From the NCBI RefSeq assembly GCF_006345805.1, contig NC_043011.1:54448464-54512463 (forward strand): DNA of 64,000 bases, written 5' to 3'. The notes under the pieces were generated by a model. The model did no database searches. It was not told the origin of the DNA and was given only the letters and a program-made list of their open reading frames with translations. The translations under genes and the position numbers were made by a program. Source of the stretch: Octopus sinensis (lineage: Eukaryota). Below, piece after piece: positions 51,022-64,000 of this stretch (the stretch's first letter is position 1; each line of letters opens with the position of its first letter).

Positions 51022-54000
51022 TATAATAATAATAATAATTGTGTACAGTGCTCAGGTGCACTACAACTCATCTAAAGTGTATATATAATCAGGTGTAGTT
51101 TCGGCGGATTTCGGAAAGCATGAGGGCCTTAAAAGATGCAGTGTCATGGCAGTCAACAACTGACGCAGGCAGTTTATTCCATGCTTCAGCAACTCTGAGC
51201 GTGAAAAAATGTTTCCGAAAGTCATGGGAGCTGTATTGTTTTCTGACTTTGTAGGCATGTCCACGTGTGTTAGACACATGGAGATCAAAAAGGTGTTCAG
51301 TGTTGTTGTTGGTGAGGTGGTTGATAACTTTGTGGGTGTTTACCAAGTCCGTCGCCAAACGCCGGAGCTTCAGTGAATCCATGCCCAGGGAAACAAGGCG
51401 CTCAGAATATGGTAGGTGTCTGATGGAGGGTATGCGTTTGGTTGCACGTCTCTGGACAGATTCCAGGAGGTCAATGTTCTGTGCAAGATAGGGGTTCCAA
51501 ACTGATGATGCGAATTCCAAGTGTGGTCGTACCATAGCTGTATACAGTTTTAAATAGATGGCTGGAGAGCGGCTAACAAAAGACCTGCTGAGTGATGCCA
51601 AGACACCCTCGGCCTTCCTGACAATCTTAGAGATATGCTTTGACCAACGCAAATCACTGCTGACAGTGATGCCTAGGTCACGCTCGCAAGAGGATTTCTT
51701 GATATCAGTGTTGTGGAGGGAGTATGTGAACGCAGGGTTTTTCTCCCAAAATGCATGGTGGTACACTTGTCCACAGCCAGTTTCAGTTGCCAGTCTGTGA
51801 TCCATTGCTGCATTGTGTCTAGGTCTGATTGCAGGAAAGAGTTGTAGACATCAGGATCTGTCCTCTTGATTTCAAGGTACAGCTTGATGTCGTCTGCATA
51901 TTTCAATACTGTGGCATTCTTTAAATTGGCATCTATGTCGTTAATGTATGCCACAAACAAGAGGGGACCAAGGACAGATCCCTGTGGTACACCCGATGAC
52001 ATCTCATATGGTGTAGAGTGCTGTCCTAGAACTGTGACTACCTCCTTTCGGCTGAGGATGAAGGATTTCAACCAGTTAAAAAGGTCATCCCCCACACCCA
52101 TTGCAGAGAGTTTCACCATAAGCCTTTTGTGTGGCACAGAGTTGAAAGCCTTAGCAAAGTCAAGGTAGACAACATCCACCCATGAGCCACTGTCAGTAAT
52201 CTGAGTAATGTCCTCAAGGAACTCGACAAGCTGGTCACTGCAGCTGGAGTTAGGGACAAATCCATATTGTGAGGGTCGGATGAGACTGTGAGAGCTCCAG
52301 AAGTTCCAGAGTGTTCTCTGACACACGATTCCATCAGTTTTGCAATACAGCTAGTGAGACTGACTGGGCGATAGTTGACAGGTGATGTGTGGTCGCCCTT
52401 TTGAACAGAGGAATGACACTGGCAGTTTTCCACTGCTCCGGAGTAGCACCATTGTTGAGACAGTACTGGAAGAAAATAGAAAGCTGGTGTAAAAGGAAGT
52501 GCCTGCCACGTTTGAGAAGCAGGTATGTAACTCCATCGAGACCAGGGGAGGCATAGTTGCGCTTATTTTGAAGGTGACGTCGCAGCATTGCAGGTGTAAA
52601 TTCCATAGTTGTTATGGAGTTTGCTGTTAGTGATGGTGAAGATGGTACATTTTGACTTTCAACAGTGAATATGTTTGCATAGCACTCGGCAATGAGTTCT
52701 GCGCATTCCTTGGGGTCGTCAGTGATCTGGTTTGTGTGAGAGGGTTGCGAAGAGGGCCCACTGGAGAGTGAGGTCTCTGCTTTGAGTGCACATATTTCCA
52801 GAAAACCTTGCTGTCAGGATTGGCTGCTATGCACTGTTCAAATTCAAGCACTGCTTTTTTTGTCACTTGCTTGAGATGGTTGGAGGATTTATTCCGCTTC
52901 TTCCTGTTGGTGTCTGATTTATGCAACCTGTATTCCCGTTCAGCAGTCCGACGTTCCTCCTGGCAAGTCGGACCGCTGAAGTTTCCCAATTGCCCTTTTG
53001 GGGCGGTTCTTCTTTTTTTGTTTACGTGGCACTGATGCTGCACATGCTGCCCATATTGAGTCCAGGATACTCTGGAGTATAGTATTCACATCTCCAGAGT
53101 TGTAGAATTCACGCCAGTTTGGGTGCTGTAGTTCAGTGTGGTACAGGTTCCAATCTGCTCTCTTCCAATCGAAGGAAGCAGATTGGAGATGGTTCAGGTT
53201 TTTGTTGCCCGCAAGAGCCAGATTGGCGATGATCATAGCATGATCAGAGTCACCTAGAGGTTCCTCCGTAGTGCAATTGATAACCGCTTCAGGAGTTGTG
53301 GTGAAGAGCAGGTCCAAGGTGTTGTCGCCTCTTGTTGGAGAGGTGACTACTTGTGACCAGTTTGAGTCCAGCACACAAGCTCAACAAAATCGTTTGCACT
53401 CTGTGGCCAATGGAAGGTCTCCCAATCGATCTCAGGATGATTGAAATCGCCTGCAATAAACACATAAGTGGCTGTTTTCCTGGCAGCAGCTCGGAGGACA
53501 TTGCAAAGCTGTGTGTCCCGATGGTAACTTGGGGGACGATAAACAACGCCAAGCAGGAGTGTTGACATGGTCATACGCACGTCACAGAAAAAAACTTCTT
53601 CTTGTGATTCGTTCAAATCGGCACAAGGAATTACCAAAAAATTTGAACGAACGTAGACCATCACACCACCACCACGGCGGTTAGTGCGGTCCTTACGGAA
53701 GAGGTTGCACCCCGTAATGTTGAAAACCCCATCACAGAGTAAGGAATGCGCCCATGTTTCCGTGACAGTGATGAAGTCAGGGTCAACACTTCTGACGTAG
53801 GCGTTGAACAAATGTATTTTGTTGCATAAACTGCGAGCATTTAAGGACAACAATTTGTACCCTGCTCGCAGTTTATGATGGTGTGTAGAGGATGGCAGGT
53901 TGTTCTGGCTTAGTTTCCCTGAGTTGCTGTAGTCTTTTTAGTTATTGTGGCTAGAGAGCACTCAGACCAGCTGGTATCTCTCTCCACGTTTCAGCAGTCT

Positions 54001-54326
54001 TGACAAATCTCAGATTTGTCCATCTTCCGAAGACTGAAGCTTTCCTGTAGAGCTGAGTTCCTATTCAGGGAAGCCACTACACGTAGCTTCGGACGTACAT
54101 CGGACGGTAAGCCTGGGCGTGTTCGGAAGGTGTCCGATTTTCACGCCCAGCTTTAATGAGGCCAGATGGTAAGAGGTTGCCTCAGTGTGGTCCGAAAAAG
54201 ACAGCTTGATGAGCCTAGGTTTTGGGCAGGTCGTCCAAGGCGGATAGCACCCGTTGGGGGAACGCAGCCTAGGTCTTGGGCTGAGTTGGCAGCAAATGCC
54301 TGAAGATCAGCAATGTCTTCTGGCAC
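51022..54326 (-). mobile_element. CR1-clade LINE, 5'-truncated in ORF1, ORF2 (APE + RT) frameshifted, (ATT)n tail
   Basis: APE: LNARSL..ITVTETW..RKDR..GGGV..AGDFNHP. RT: YRPVSLTSC..YLDFAKAF..GVPQGSVLGPLLF..YADD..DLGI..RPHLEF..VQRRATK. ORF1 remnant IRLGRP. Splits a SINE A copy (50855-51020 and 54327-54453). Confidence 0.95.
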
Positions 54327-54517
54327 CATATATAATATATACATGCATGTGTGTGTTTATGTTTGTGGTCGGTTTGTTCCCCACATTGCTTGACAACTGA
54401 TGGTAGTGTGTTACGCCCCATAACTTAGAGGTTTGGCAAAAGAGACCATAGAATTTTACACGCTAGGCCACTGGAAGTGAAAATTTCTATTAATTTCATT
54501 TCCCGTGATATGATTAA

Positions 54518-54626
<109 letters not shown>

Positions 54627-56992
54627 TATATATATGTATATATATATATATTATATATATAATAATAGAAGAGAGAGAGAGAGAGAGAGAGATATAGACA
54701 AACATAAACATCCTAGTACGAAGAGAAAATCCCTAATGATAGCCTGTTCTATATTGCAGGAGTGTAATTCACTGCGTATCAATGTTCAGTATGTGGACAC
54801 TTGAAATATGTAATATATTCCACTTGATAAGACGTCTCAAATATTTCACTCAAACACACACACACACACACAAATGCACACACACCCTGACCACCACAAC
54901 ACACCCCTACCTAGAACAGCAACAACAAAAAATAAACAAATAAACAATATATATATATGAATGATTTAAGAGAGGTGTGTGTGTATATGTAATATCATTA
55001 TTGCCAGCATATATATAAACAGATGAGAGTGGTCCAATATTCACATGTATACAGCGAAGCACACAAATATGAGCTCATACATACATGTCACACCTCGCCA
55101 CACCAAACACACACACACATACAGAGTAGTGTAAAAGTTTCAAGCAGTGATGTTAATTGAGTTAGGAAATGTGTTAACAAGTGGTTATTTCTTCCATTTG
55201 ACAGCTTTACTTGATAAAATTGCCGTTCAGCTTATGACCAGGATATGGTTTCATTTGCTGGTTGAAGACACTTCACCATATTCCTGCTACCAGCACAAAT
55301 GACAACAGGAGGAATGCCACTGCATTTCCCCTAAAGTACAGGACTTTTCTCCCCTTCCCATTTCCGCTGTGTTTCTGCCTTGCAAACCAGTTACACACTG
55401 AAATGCAGTTGGTGTTAAGAGTTAAGAAGAGCATTCAGCCATAGAAAACGTGCTGAAGCTAACAGTAAAGCTTGGCACAACCTTGCAGCTCACCACTGAA
55501 TAAACTTAAGATACAAGGCCTTTTCGTTTTGCCTGTTGCCATTCTTTTTCTGTCTTGCAACCCACTTGAAAACCTCACTAGTGATGATGGCTTGAAAAAA
55601 ATAAATACCCAGAACACACCATAAGATGTTTGGGGGTTAGAAAGGGCATCGAGACATAGAAAAATATCAAAACTGACTTGCAGTTTGCTGCTTTCTCATT
55701 TCTTTACTACCCACAAGGGGCTAAACATAGAGGGGACTAACAAGGACAGACAAAGGGATTAAGTCGATTACATTGAGTCCAGTGCGTAACTGGTACTTAT
55801 TTAATCATGGAAAACGGGTATTAAATGATGACGACAACAACAATGATGATGATGATGATGATGATACAAAGAGGAGGAGGAGGAGGAGGAAGACTCAAGC
55901 GTTAAAAATGCTATCTTCATAGGGACACAGATTCAGATTTAAAGAAGAAAGATGAAACTAAGATGTAAAACAGACATCCATGGCTATGTGATAAGAAATC
56001 TGCTTCCCAACCATATGGTTCCAGGTTCAGTCCCACTGGGGGGCACCTTGGGCAAGTGTCTTCTCTTATAGCACGAACCAATCAAAACCTTACAAACTGA
56101 GAGGAAAGAAGTGTGTGTGTGTGTGAGTGTCTCTTTGCCTTGACTTTGAGCAATAGCTGCAAATGACTGTTTACTGTCATTAACGCAGTGTCCTTCATTT
56201 CCAGTCTGCCACGAAAAACATGTCTGGCCTCGGGGATAATATTCACCTGATATAGGAACAGGTGAGGGCTGGCAACAGGAAGGGCACCCAGCCGTAGAAA
56301 ATCCACCTCAGCAAATTCTGTTCAATCCATGACAGCATGGGAAAGCGGATCTTAAAATGACGAAGATGACGATGATGATGATGTTGATGATGATGATGAT
56401 GATGATGATACATCAGTTCTTGGCAGTGTGCAATATGTGCATGCCTATATTCAACATCAGCTTTTGGGAATACACAATATACAATTCTGTGTGTATATAT
56501 TCTGTATGGGCTTTTGGGAAAGTACATTTGCGTCTGTATAAATTTCACATCAGTTTTTGGCAGTGTACATAGAGCGTGTGTATATATTCTGCATAAGTTC
56601 TGCTTTACTCTGGCATTTGTGTTGTTTCTTGGGGTGTTTTAGTGTTCTGTCTGTTGTTTATGTTATCTTTTTGCGTGTAGAGGTGGTGGTGTGATTGAGT
56701 GCAGTCGGTGTTATGTGTGAGCTGGTGGTAGCAGTGGCAGCGGTGGTGGTGGTGGTGTGTAGGATGTTATTATTTTTAGTCGAATCTAAGGTGGAAAGCT
56801 GGTAGAGTCATTACTGTGTCAGACAAAAATGCTTAGCATTTCTCCCGGCTCTTTGCGTTCTGTTGAATTTGATTTTGCTCTGCATCCTTTTAGGGTCGAT
56901 AAAATAAGGACCAATTTAACAAAAAGCAGCCAGTTCTTCTGTCGGTTCACAAACTTCCACTTATCAATTAATGAAATGCAATTCTCGTATTG

Positions 56993-57313
56993 TGGAAGCG
57001 CAATGGTCCAGTGTTTAGGGCAGCGGGCTCGCGGTCGGAGTATCATGATTTCGATTCCAAGACTGGGCGTTGTGTGTGTTTATTGAGCAAAAACACCTAA
57101 AGCTCCACGAGGCTTGGGCAGGGAGTGGTGGCGACCCCTGTTGTACTCTTACACCCCAATTTTCTCCTCACTCTTTCTTCCTGTTTCTTGAGTAACGCTG
57201 CGATGGACTGGCGTCCCGTCCAGCTGGGGAGAACACATACGCCATAGAAACTGGGAAACCAGGCCCATGAGCCTGGCCAAGCTTGAAAAGGGCGCATAAA
57301 ATAAATAAATAAA
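56993..57313 (+). mobile_element. SINE family C (tail type 4, V-domain-like gcgatggactggcgtcccgtccag)
   Basis: Shared head and core; (TAAA)n tail. Confidence 0.82.
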
Positions 57314-57565
57314 ATTCTCATATTAATTTCATCAGGTCGTCACTGGAGCAAATATCACTGCAGGTTGGACCCAACATTAAAGTGTTGTCACCTTGGTATA
57401 AATTCATTAAGGTTCTGTCCTCAGCCTCCTCCTATTCATTGTAACCCACCAAGCTCAAATACCTCTCCGGGGTACTCCTGTATGTTGTTGATCAAGTTCT
57501 AGCTGACTCAAGCACAGAAATAACAGAAGTGATTCCAAACATGAAAGCAAAACATGCAATCTAAT

Positions 57566-57769
57566 AATACAGGTCTATATTTAAGAGATGAAGAATTATG
57601 TATATAATGTACATTATTTACATTATTTACATTTGACGGATATTTGTCTTCATCTTGTTTGTTGTTAACACGTTTCGGCCCGTTTACTCTCCAGCCTTCA
57701 TCAGGTGTCTTGGGGAAATTTCAAACCTGGGTTCTCATTCCTAAAGTATTTTTCGATGTTGTTGTTGTT

Positions 57770-57815
<46 letters not shown>

Positions 57816-58094
57816 TCACTGCTTGGAATCGAACTTGGAATCTTGGGGTTAGTAGCCTGCGCTCATATCCACTGTAGTTAAGAGTGCGGTCTGCTAACCC
57901 CAAGATTCTGAGTTTGATTCCAGGCATTGACCTGAATAATAATAATTATGATGACGATAATAATAATAATAATAATGATAATATCAAAAAAATTAGGAAT
58001 GAGAACCAATGTTCGAAATTTCCCCCAAGACACCTGATGAAGGCTGGAGGGTAAACAAGATGAGGACAAAAATCCGACAAATGTAAATAATTGA
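57566..58094. mobile_element. Head-to-head inverted pair of the tRNA-like/hammerhead Penelope-type module
   Basis: Minus copy 57566-57871 and plus copy 57873-58094, both homologous to 9995-10350; flanked by aatctaat direct repeats. Confidence 0.85.
57666..57709 (-). ncRNA. Minimal hammerhead motif, cleavage site apparently shortened
   Basis: GACAC CUGAUGA A GGC..GCC GAAAC GUGUU; lacks 3 nt relative to the 10038 copy. Confidence 0.5.
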
Positions 58095-58455
58095 AATCTA
58101 ATGTCCTCAAAGGAAACTTAGCAAACATTAAAGTATTTGTGGTAAGGAAGATAGAGTTTTGCTACCATCAGGAAAAAGGCTTTGACCCCAGTGTGCAGAA
58201 AAAGGAGTAGATAGGAGTACCATATACTGTACCCAGTGTAAACTATGGACACACAGGAGGTACTGAAACAGGAGCTGAGCAGGCTGGCAGAGCAGACTTT
58301 GTATGTAACAGATGCACAGCAGTAGAAAACACTAAGGGTAAACAGGAAGTAGATTCTGTTACATGCTCAGGAGGGTCCCTACAAGTGGTTGATAGCTTTT
58401 GTTAGAAATGGGAGTGAGTGTTCTGAAAGTATAGTAGCCAGTATAAGAACTGTTT
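58095..58455 (+). mobile_element. Decayed RTE LINE fragment (Cys-rich insert and RT C-terminal part)
   Basis: KGVDRSTIYCTQCKLWTHRR, FVCNRC, LQVVDSF. Confidence 0.65.
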
Positions 58456-60114
58456 AGAAAATGTTGGCTATATATATATATATATATAATCATCATCATT
58501 TAGCATCCGCTTTCCATGCTAGCATGGGTTGGACGGTTCAACTAGGGTCTGGGAAGCCAGAGGGCTGCACCAGGCCCAGTCTGATCTGGCAATGTTTCTA
58601 TGGCTGGATGCCCTTCCTAATGCCAACCACTCCGTGAGCATATATATATATATATATATATATCATCATCATCATTTAGCATCCGCTTTCCATGCTAGCA
58701 TGGGTTGGATGGTTCAACTAGGGTCTGGGAAGCCAGAGGGCTGCACCAGGCCCAGTCTGATCTGGCAATGTTTCTATGGCTGGATGCCCTTCCTAATGCC
58801 AACCACTCCGTGAGCATATATATATATATATATATATATGCGTGATAGGCTTCTTTCCATTTCCATCTACCAAATTTTATTACAAGGCTTTGGTTCGCCT
58901 GAAACTATAGTAGAAAACTCTTGCTCAAGGTTCCACTGAGATTGAACTGAGAACCATGTGGTTTGAAAGCAAACTTCTTACCACACAGCCATGCTTGAGC
59001 CTATATATTTGGTGTGTCAAGTGTATGTGTGCTGGAGTGTGAGATAGTTGGTATATGCAAGAGAGAGAGGGGGAGATAGAGCATGTGTGTGTGAAAGACA
59101 GAGCATGTGTGTGTGTGTGAAAGACAGACCATGTGTGTGCGTGTATATAACAAAGCCAGAAAAAGAGAAAAAAGTGTTTATTTACGATTTGACTAGTTTT
59201 AAAGTGGAGCCTGGCTGTGTCTATATAAACCTATCATTTTATGACAACAATAATATTATTTTACACACAATCACAGTTTCTCAACAAACTCTGCCCACAT
59301 ATTACACACAACAGGCTGAATCGGTAAACATTTATTTTCCCCCTCATTCAGCTTTAACATGACAGTCATCTCAACACTTTAGTATCAATCATCTAGTAGC
59401 ACGACTACCATGTAGGAGCTACATTCAATACACCATGTGGGGGTTGCGTTTAATATTAAATGGGACTTAGTCTCAAATTCCATGTGGGAGATACCATATT
59501 ATACAGGGGTGTTATTCTCACCACAGCTTGTTGGGGTTGTACTCCATATGGCGTTAAGGAGTTGCACTCACTATACCTATTTCTTTACTACCCACAAGGG
59601 GCTAAACACAGAGGGGACAAACAAGGACAGACATAGGTATTAAGTCGATTACATCGACCCAAGTGCGTAACTGGTACTTAATTTATCGACCCCGAAAGGA
59701 TGAATGGCAAAGTCGACCTCGACAGAATTTGAACTCACAACGTAACGGCAGACGAAATACCGCTAAGCATTTCGCCCGGCGTGCTAACATTTCTGCCAGC
59801 TCACTATACCATCATCATCATTTAATGTCCATCTTCCATGATGGCACAGGTTGGATGGTCTGACAGGAGATGGCAAGCCAGAGAGCTACACCAGGCACCA
59901 GTTGCCTGTTTTGGCATGGTTTCTATGGCTGGATCCCCTTCCTAATGCCATCCACATTACAGAGTTTACTGGGTGCTTTCGAAGTGGCACCAGCACAGGT
60001 GCTTTATATGTGGGCCCAGCAGGGTCACCAAGTACCTTGCAAAACACAGACTTCTAGGCTGAGAAAAGAAATGGAACCAAGGGAGGTGGCTGTGAGCCAG
60101 GTGAGAGTTTAAAG

Positions 60115-60515
60115 CGGCAGTTCTCAACCGGGGTTCTCCAGAACCCTAGGGTTCCACAAACGGTTCCTAGGGGTTCCGCAAGAAGGAGTCAGATGAGCCA
60201 ATGTTAATTTCATGATCATAATATTACTAATCATGCACAACATATTATTGGTTATTGCAATATTGTAACATAGGCAACATTCTATCCAACCTATTATGTC
60301 ATAAAAAAAATCTGTAATTTATTGACACTATATGTATATATGTGTGTGTGGGTGTGTGTGTATGTATATATATATATATATGATATTTACCATGTGACCT
60401 ATGATGAAAAAAATATGAGAAAGATATGGTATATAATTTTTTTTGTGCAGGGGTTCCTTGAGACGTGTAATTTATTTTAAGGGTTACGCAAGGGTAAAAA
60501 GGTTGAGAAACACTG
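60115..60515. mobile_element. hAT-type MITE with 8-bp TSD
   Basis: Ends cggcagttctcaacc / ggttgagaaacactg; flanks gtttaaag / ggttaaag. Confidence 0.85.
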
Positions 60516-62887
60516 GGTTAAAGTATAATAGAGGGACAGAGATAGTTGTCTCGTATTATAGAGGGGATATCTGGCTATCCTAATTAGACAGGGAAGGAGA
60601 GGAAAGGGAGAGAGAGTTAGAGGAAGATAGACAAATATTTAGAGAGAGAGAGAGAGGGAGGGGAAAGAAATGAATGGTGCTGGGGATGTATAGGGGCTAG
60701 TGGGGAGTTACTCTCACCATACAACAAAGAATATATAATGTGTGAAGCATCCAAGACGGTGAGCTGGCAAGAACGTTAGCACGTCGGGCAAAATGCTTAG
60801 CGGTATTTCATCTGTCTTTACATTCTGAGTTCAAATTCCGCCGAGGTCGACTTTGCCTTTCATCCTTTTGCGGTCAATAAATTAAGTACCAGTTGCGCAC
60901 TGGGGTCGATCTAATCAACCCCCACCCCAAAAAATTTCGAGCCTTGTGCCTAGATTAGAAAAGAACATGTGAAGCATCCTCTCTATGGCGAACACTGAAG
61001 CAATGGACTGAAATATCAATGTAGAGTATCTCTACATTTAAAGGGCTTATTATGGGCAGAGTACATTTTTAACTTGGCTTTTAGATGTTTATTATGGGCT
61101 TGGTTGACACCAGTTAATCTAAGGCAATGATACAAAGTACTTGCCGAAGGTGCCATGCAGCAGTTATGAACCCAAAACTAGGTGAACGTAAAGCACATTT
61201 TTTCAAGCTCATTGCCCTTCCTGGCCCATTCATAGATAAGAGCTAAATCTAAGCCATTATGCTTATCTAAAACAGATATCAACAGCCTAGGTCTATCCTC
61301 AACTGTCTTAAGTACCGTTTTATCAGGCATATAAGTTGGTATGGTTTATAGTGTAAACATGTAGTGCAAATACTCAAACATCATCACAACCTTTGCAAAT
61401 CCGGTTGTATTTCACATGCGATTTTGGGTCTTCCAAAATTGTCTAGGTGTGTGTATGAGTTGATCTACCATGTTTTAGCTGTAAATTTTGATCTGAAAAT
61501 TTCAACTTGTATGTCAGAGAATACCATATCATCACCATCATCATCATTTAACATCCATTGTCCATGCTGGCATGAGTTGGGCAGTTTGACCAAGGCTGGC
61601 AAGCTGGAAGGCTTCACCAGACTCCAGTCTGATTTGACATGCTTTTCCACAGCTGGGTGCCCTTCCTAACGCCAACCACTCCAAGAGTGTAATGGGTGCT
61701 TTTATGTGCCACTGGCACAGGTGCCGTTTCTGTGACACCAGTGTGCCACCAGCACAGGTGCCAGTTTGTGTGCCATGGCTTCGATTTTGCTTGGCTTGAT
61801 GGGTCTTCTTCTCAAGCACGACATAATGCCAAAGGTCTCAATCATTGGCTCTGTGAGGCCCAAAGCTTGAAAGGAACTCAGCCACCTCACCTCTGTGAGG
61901 CCCACTCGAAAGGAACTCAGCCACTTTGCTTCCGTGAGGCCCAACACTCAACGCTCAAAAAGAATATAAATATACAAATATAAAATTGAATAAATAGAGT
62001 CAAGAATGAGTACATTTAGACAGTTTTTTAATAAACACTACTCATGTTTCAATACAACATAGATCCATGGATATACAGGATTTAAATTAAGCAACGATTT
62101 ACCTGTATAATGGGATCCAGCTGTATCTCTACAGGGGATATGTAATCGGTGTCCCTGTTAGTAAATCTTTGACTTTGATACTAACACTAAACCTAGACTT
62201 GGAAGTATACCGTAGTACTACTGGGTATTTGGTAATTCTAAGAGTGAACAAGCTCTGCCTTGTACTCAAATTTGTTCTTATCTAAATACACTTTATATAC
62301 AAATATATACAAATAACTCTCAGAGTGGTTGACGTTAGGAAGGGCATCCAGCTGTAGAAACTCTGCCAGATCAGTCAAAATCATCCAACCCATGCTAGCA
62401 TGGAAAGTGGACGTTAAACGATGGTGATGATGATATATATATATATATATATATATATAGGTGCAGGAGTGGCTGTGTGGTAAGTAGCTTGCTAACCAAC
62501 CACATGGTCCCGGGTTCAGTCCCACTGCGTGGCATCTTGGGCAAGTGTCTTCTGCTATAGCCTCGGGCCGACCAAAGCCTTGTGAGTGGATTTGGTAGAC
62601 GGAAACTGAAAAGAAGCCCGTCGTATATATGTATATATATATGCATGTGTGTGTTTGTGTGTCTGTGTTTGTCCCCCTAGCATTGCTTGACAACCGATGC
62701 TAGTGTGTTTACGTCCCCGTCACTTAGCGGTTCGGCAAAAGAGACCGATAGAATAAGTACTGGGCTTACAAAAGAATAAGTCCCGGGGTCGAGTTGCTCA
62801 ATTAAAGGCGGTGCTCCAGCATGGCCACAGTCAAATGACTGAAACAAGTAAAAGAGTAAAGAGTATATATATATATATATATATATG

Positions 62888-63295
62888 ACACAGTGCCAGC
62901 CTCGTCTGGCACCTGTGTCGGTGGCACATAAAACACCATCCGAGCGTGGCCGTCTGCCAGCCTCGTCTGGCACCTGTGTCGGTGGTACATAAAAAAACCC
63001 ATCCGAGCGTGGCCGTCTGCCAGCCTCGTCTGGCACCTGTGTCGGTGGCACATAAAACACCATCCGAGCGTGGCCGTTCGCCAGCCTCGTCTGGCACCTG
63101 TGTCGGTGGCACATAAAATCACCCACTACATTCTCGGAGTGGTTGGCGTTAGGAAGGGCATCCAGCTGTAGAAACACTGCCAGATCTGACTGGCCTGGTG
63201 CAGCCTTCGGGCTCCCCAGACCCCAGTTGAACCGTCCAACCCATGCTAGCATGGAAAGCGGACGTTAAACGACGATGATGATGATGATGATGATA
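62888..63295 (+). mobile_element. RTE 3' end with ~3.7 near-identical 61-bp tandem units
   Basis: Unit gccagcctcgtctggcacctgtgtcggtggcacataaaacaccatccgagcgtggccgtct. Confidence 0.9.
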
Positions 63296-63597
63296 TATAT
63301 ATATTATATATGAAGGATGTAGTGCACGCACGATTTTTCGGTACATATTATTGCTACATATTTATGCAGTGTTTCAGCAATCCTACAGACAAACATTGGA
63401 TGACATTGTTCCTTAATAGGGGAACTTGAGTTTGGGATTAGCTAAAAATAATAATTTCTTTCATTCTAGTGCTTTATCAACGTGACTTTACAATTTTACA
63501 ATTATTTTTTCATAGTTGGGTTTAACTACCCTTTCTAGCATGTAAGGAGTCCGGCTGTAGGTCTTCTCTTTGTGTTGTGTATATATCTATATGCACT

Positions 63598-63635
<38 letters not shown>

Positions 63636-63639
<4 letters not shown>

Positions 63640-63772
63640 TTTATTATATAGAAGGAGCTTCTACAGGACTAGAACTGTTTCATTCAAGAGAAATCTTCAG
63701 GAAGCTCCTGAAGATTTCTCTTGAATGAAACAGTTCTAGTACTGTAGAAGCTCCTTCTATATAATAAATTAA
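63636..63772. repeat. Near-perfect palindrome, 67-bp arms, 3-nt loop, one mismatch
   Basis: 63636-63702 is the reverse complement of 63706-63772. Confidence 0.92.
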
Positions 63773-63845
63773 TTTTACTCTGCTATGTATTGAGTACCTT
63801 ATTTACTGTGGTTAACCCCAAATCAACCCGGGACCTACATATATA

Positions 63846-63876
<31 letters not shown>

Positions 63877-64000
63877 GTAGAAGCTTATCCTGACTTTGGT
63901 GCCCTGTATCTCACTAAATTGGATACTGGAGTAGATTGTGGAACCTACAACTTAACCCTAGGTTGGTTGTGTGCCTCCCCTTTTCACATACACACACACA

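Overview
AT-rich, repeat-saturated animal DNA. The SINE families and microsatellite load look like an Octopus genome (recognised from memory, not verifiable here). The window lies inside a minus-strand type I inositol-1,4,5-trisphosphate 5-phosphatase gene (INPP5A-like). Two coding exons are recognisable: 42 nt at 35245-35204 (PDNTLKLWLREFQK) and 101 nt at 314-214 (CLHRTEPRFLAVHCQEVGGKNYEDSMQHVNNFV), separated by a ~34.9 kb intron; the first coding exon was not found. The introns hold three abundant tRNA-derived SINE families, many RTE-clade LINE 3' ends, a 3.3 kb frameshifted CR1 LINE, Penelope-like GIY-YIG remnants, piggyBac/mariner/hAT/Helitron non-autonomous elements, foldbacks and minisatellites. 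The most striking signal is about ten type I hammerhead-ribozyme motifs from several unrelated small elements. Nine lie in the sense orientation of the host pre-mRNA, and one sits in a Penelope-like 3' end that also carries a tRNA-like (Pol III promoter-like) module. Most ORFs in the supplied track are microsatellite or repeat artefacts.
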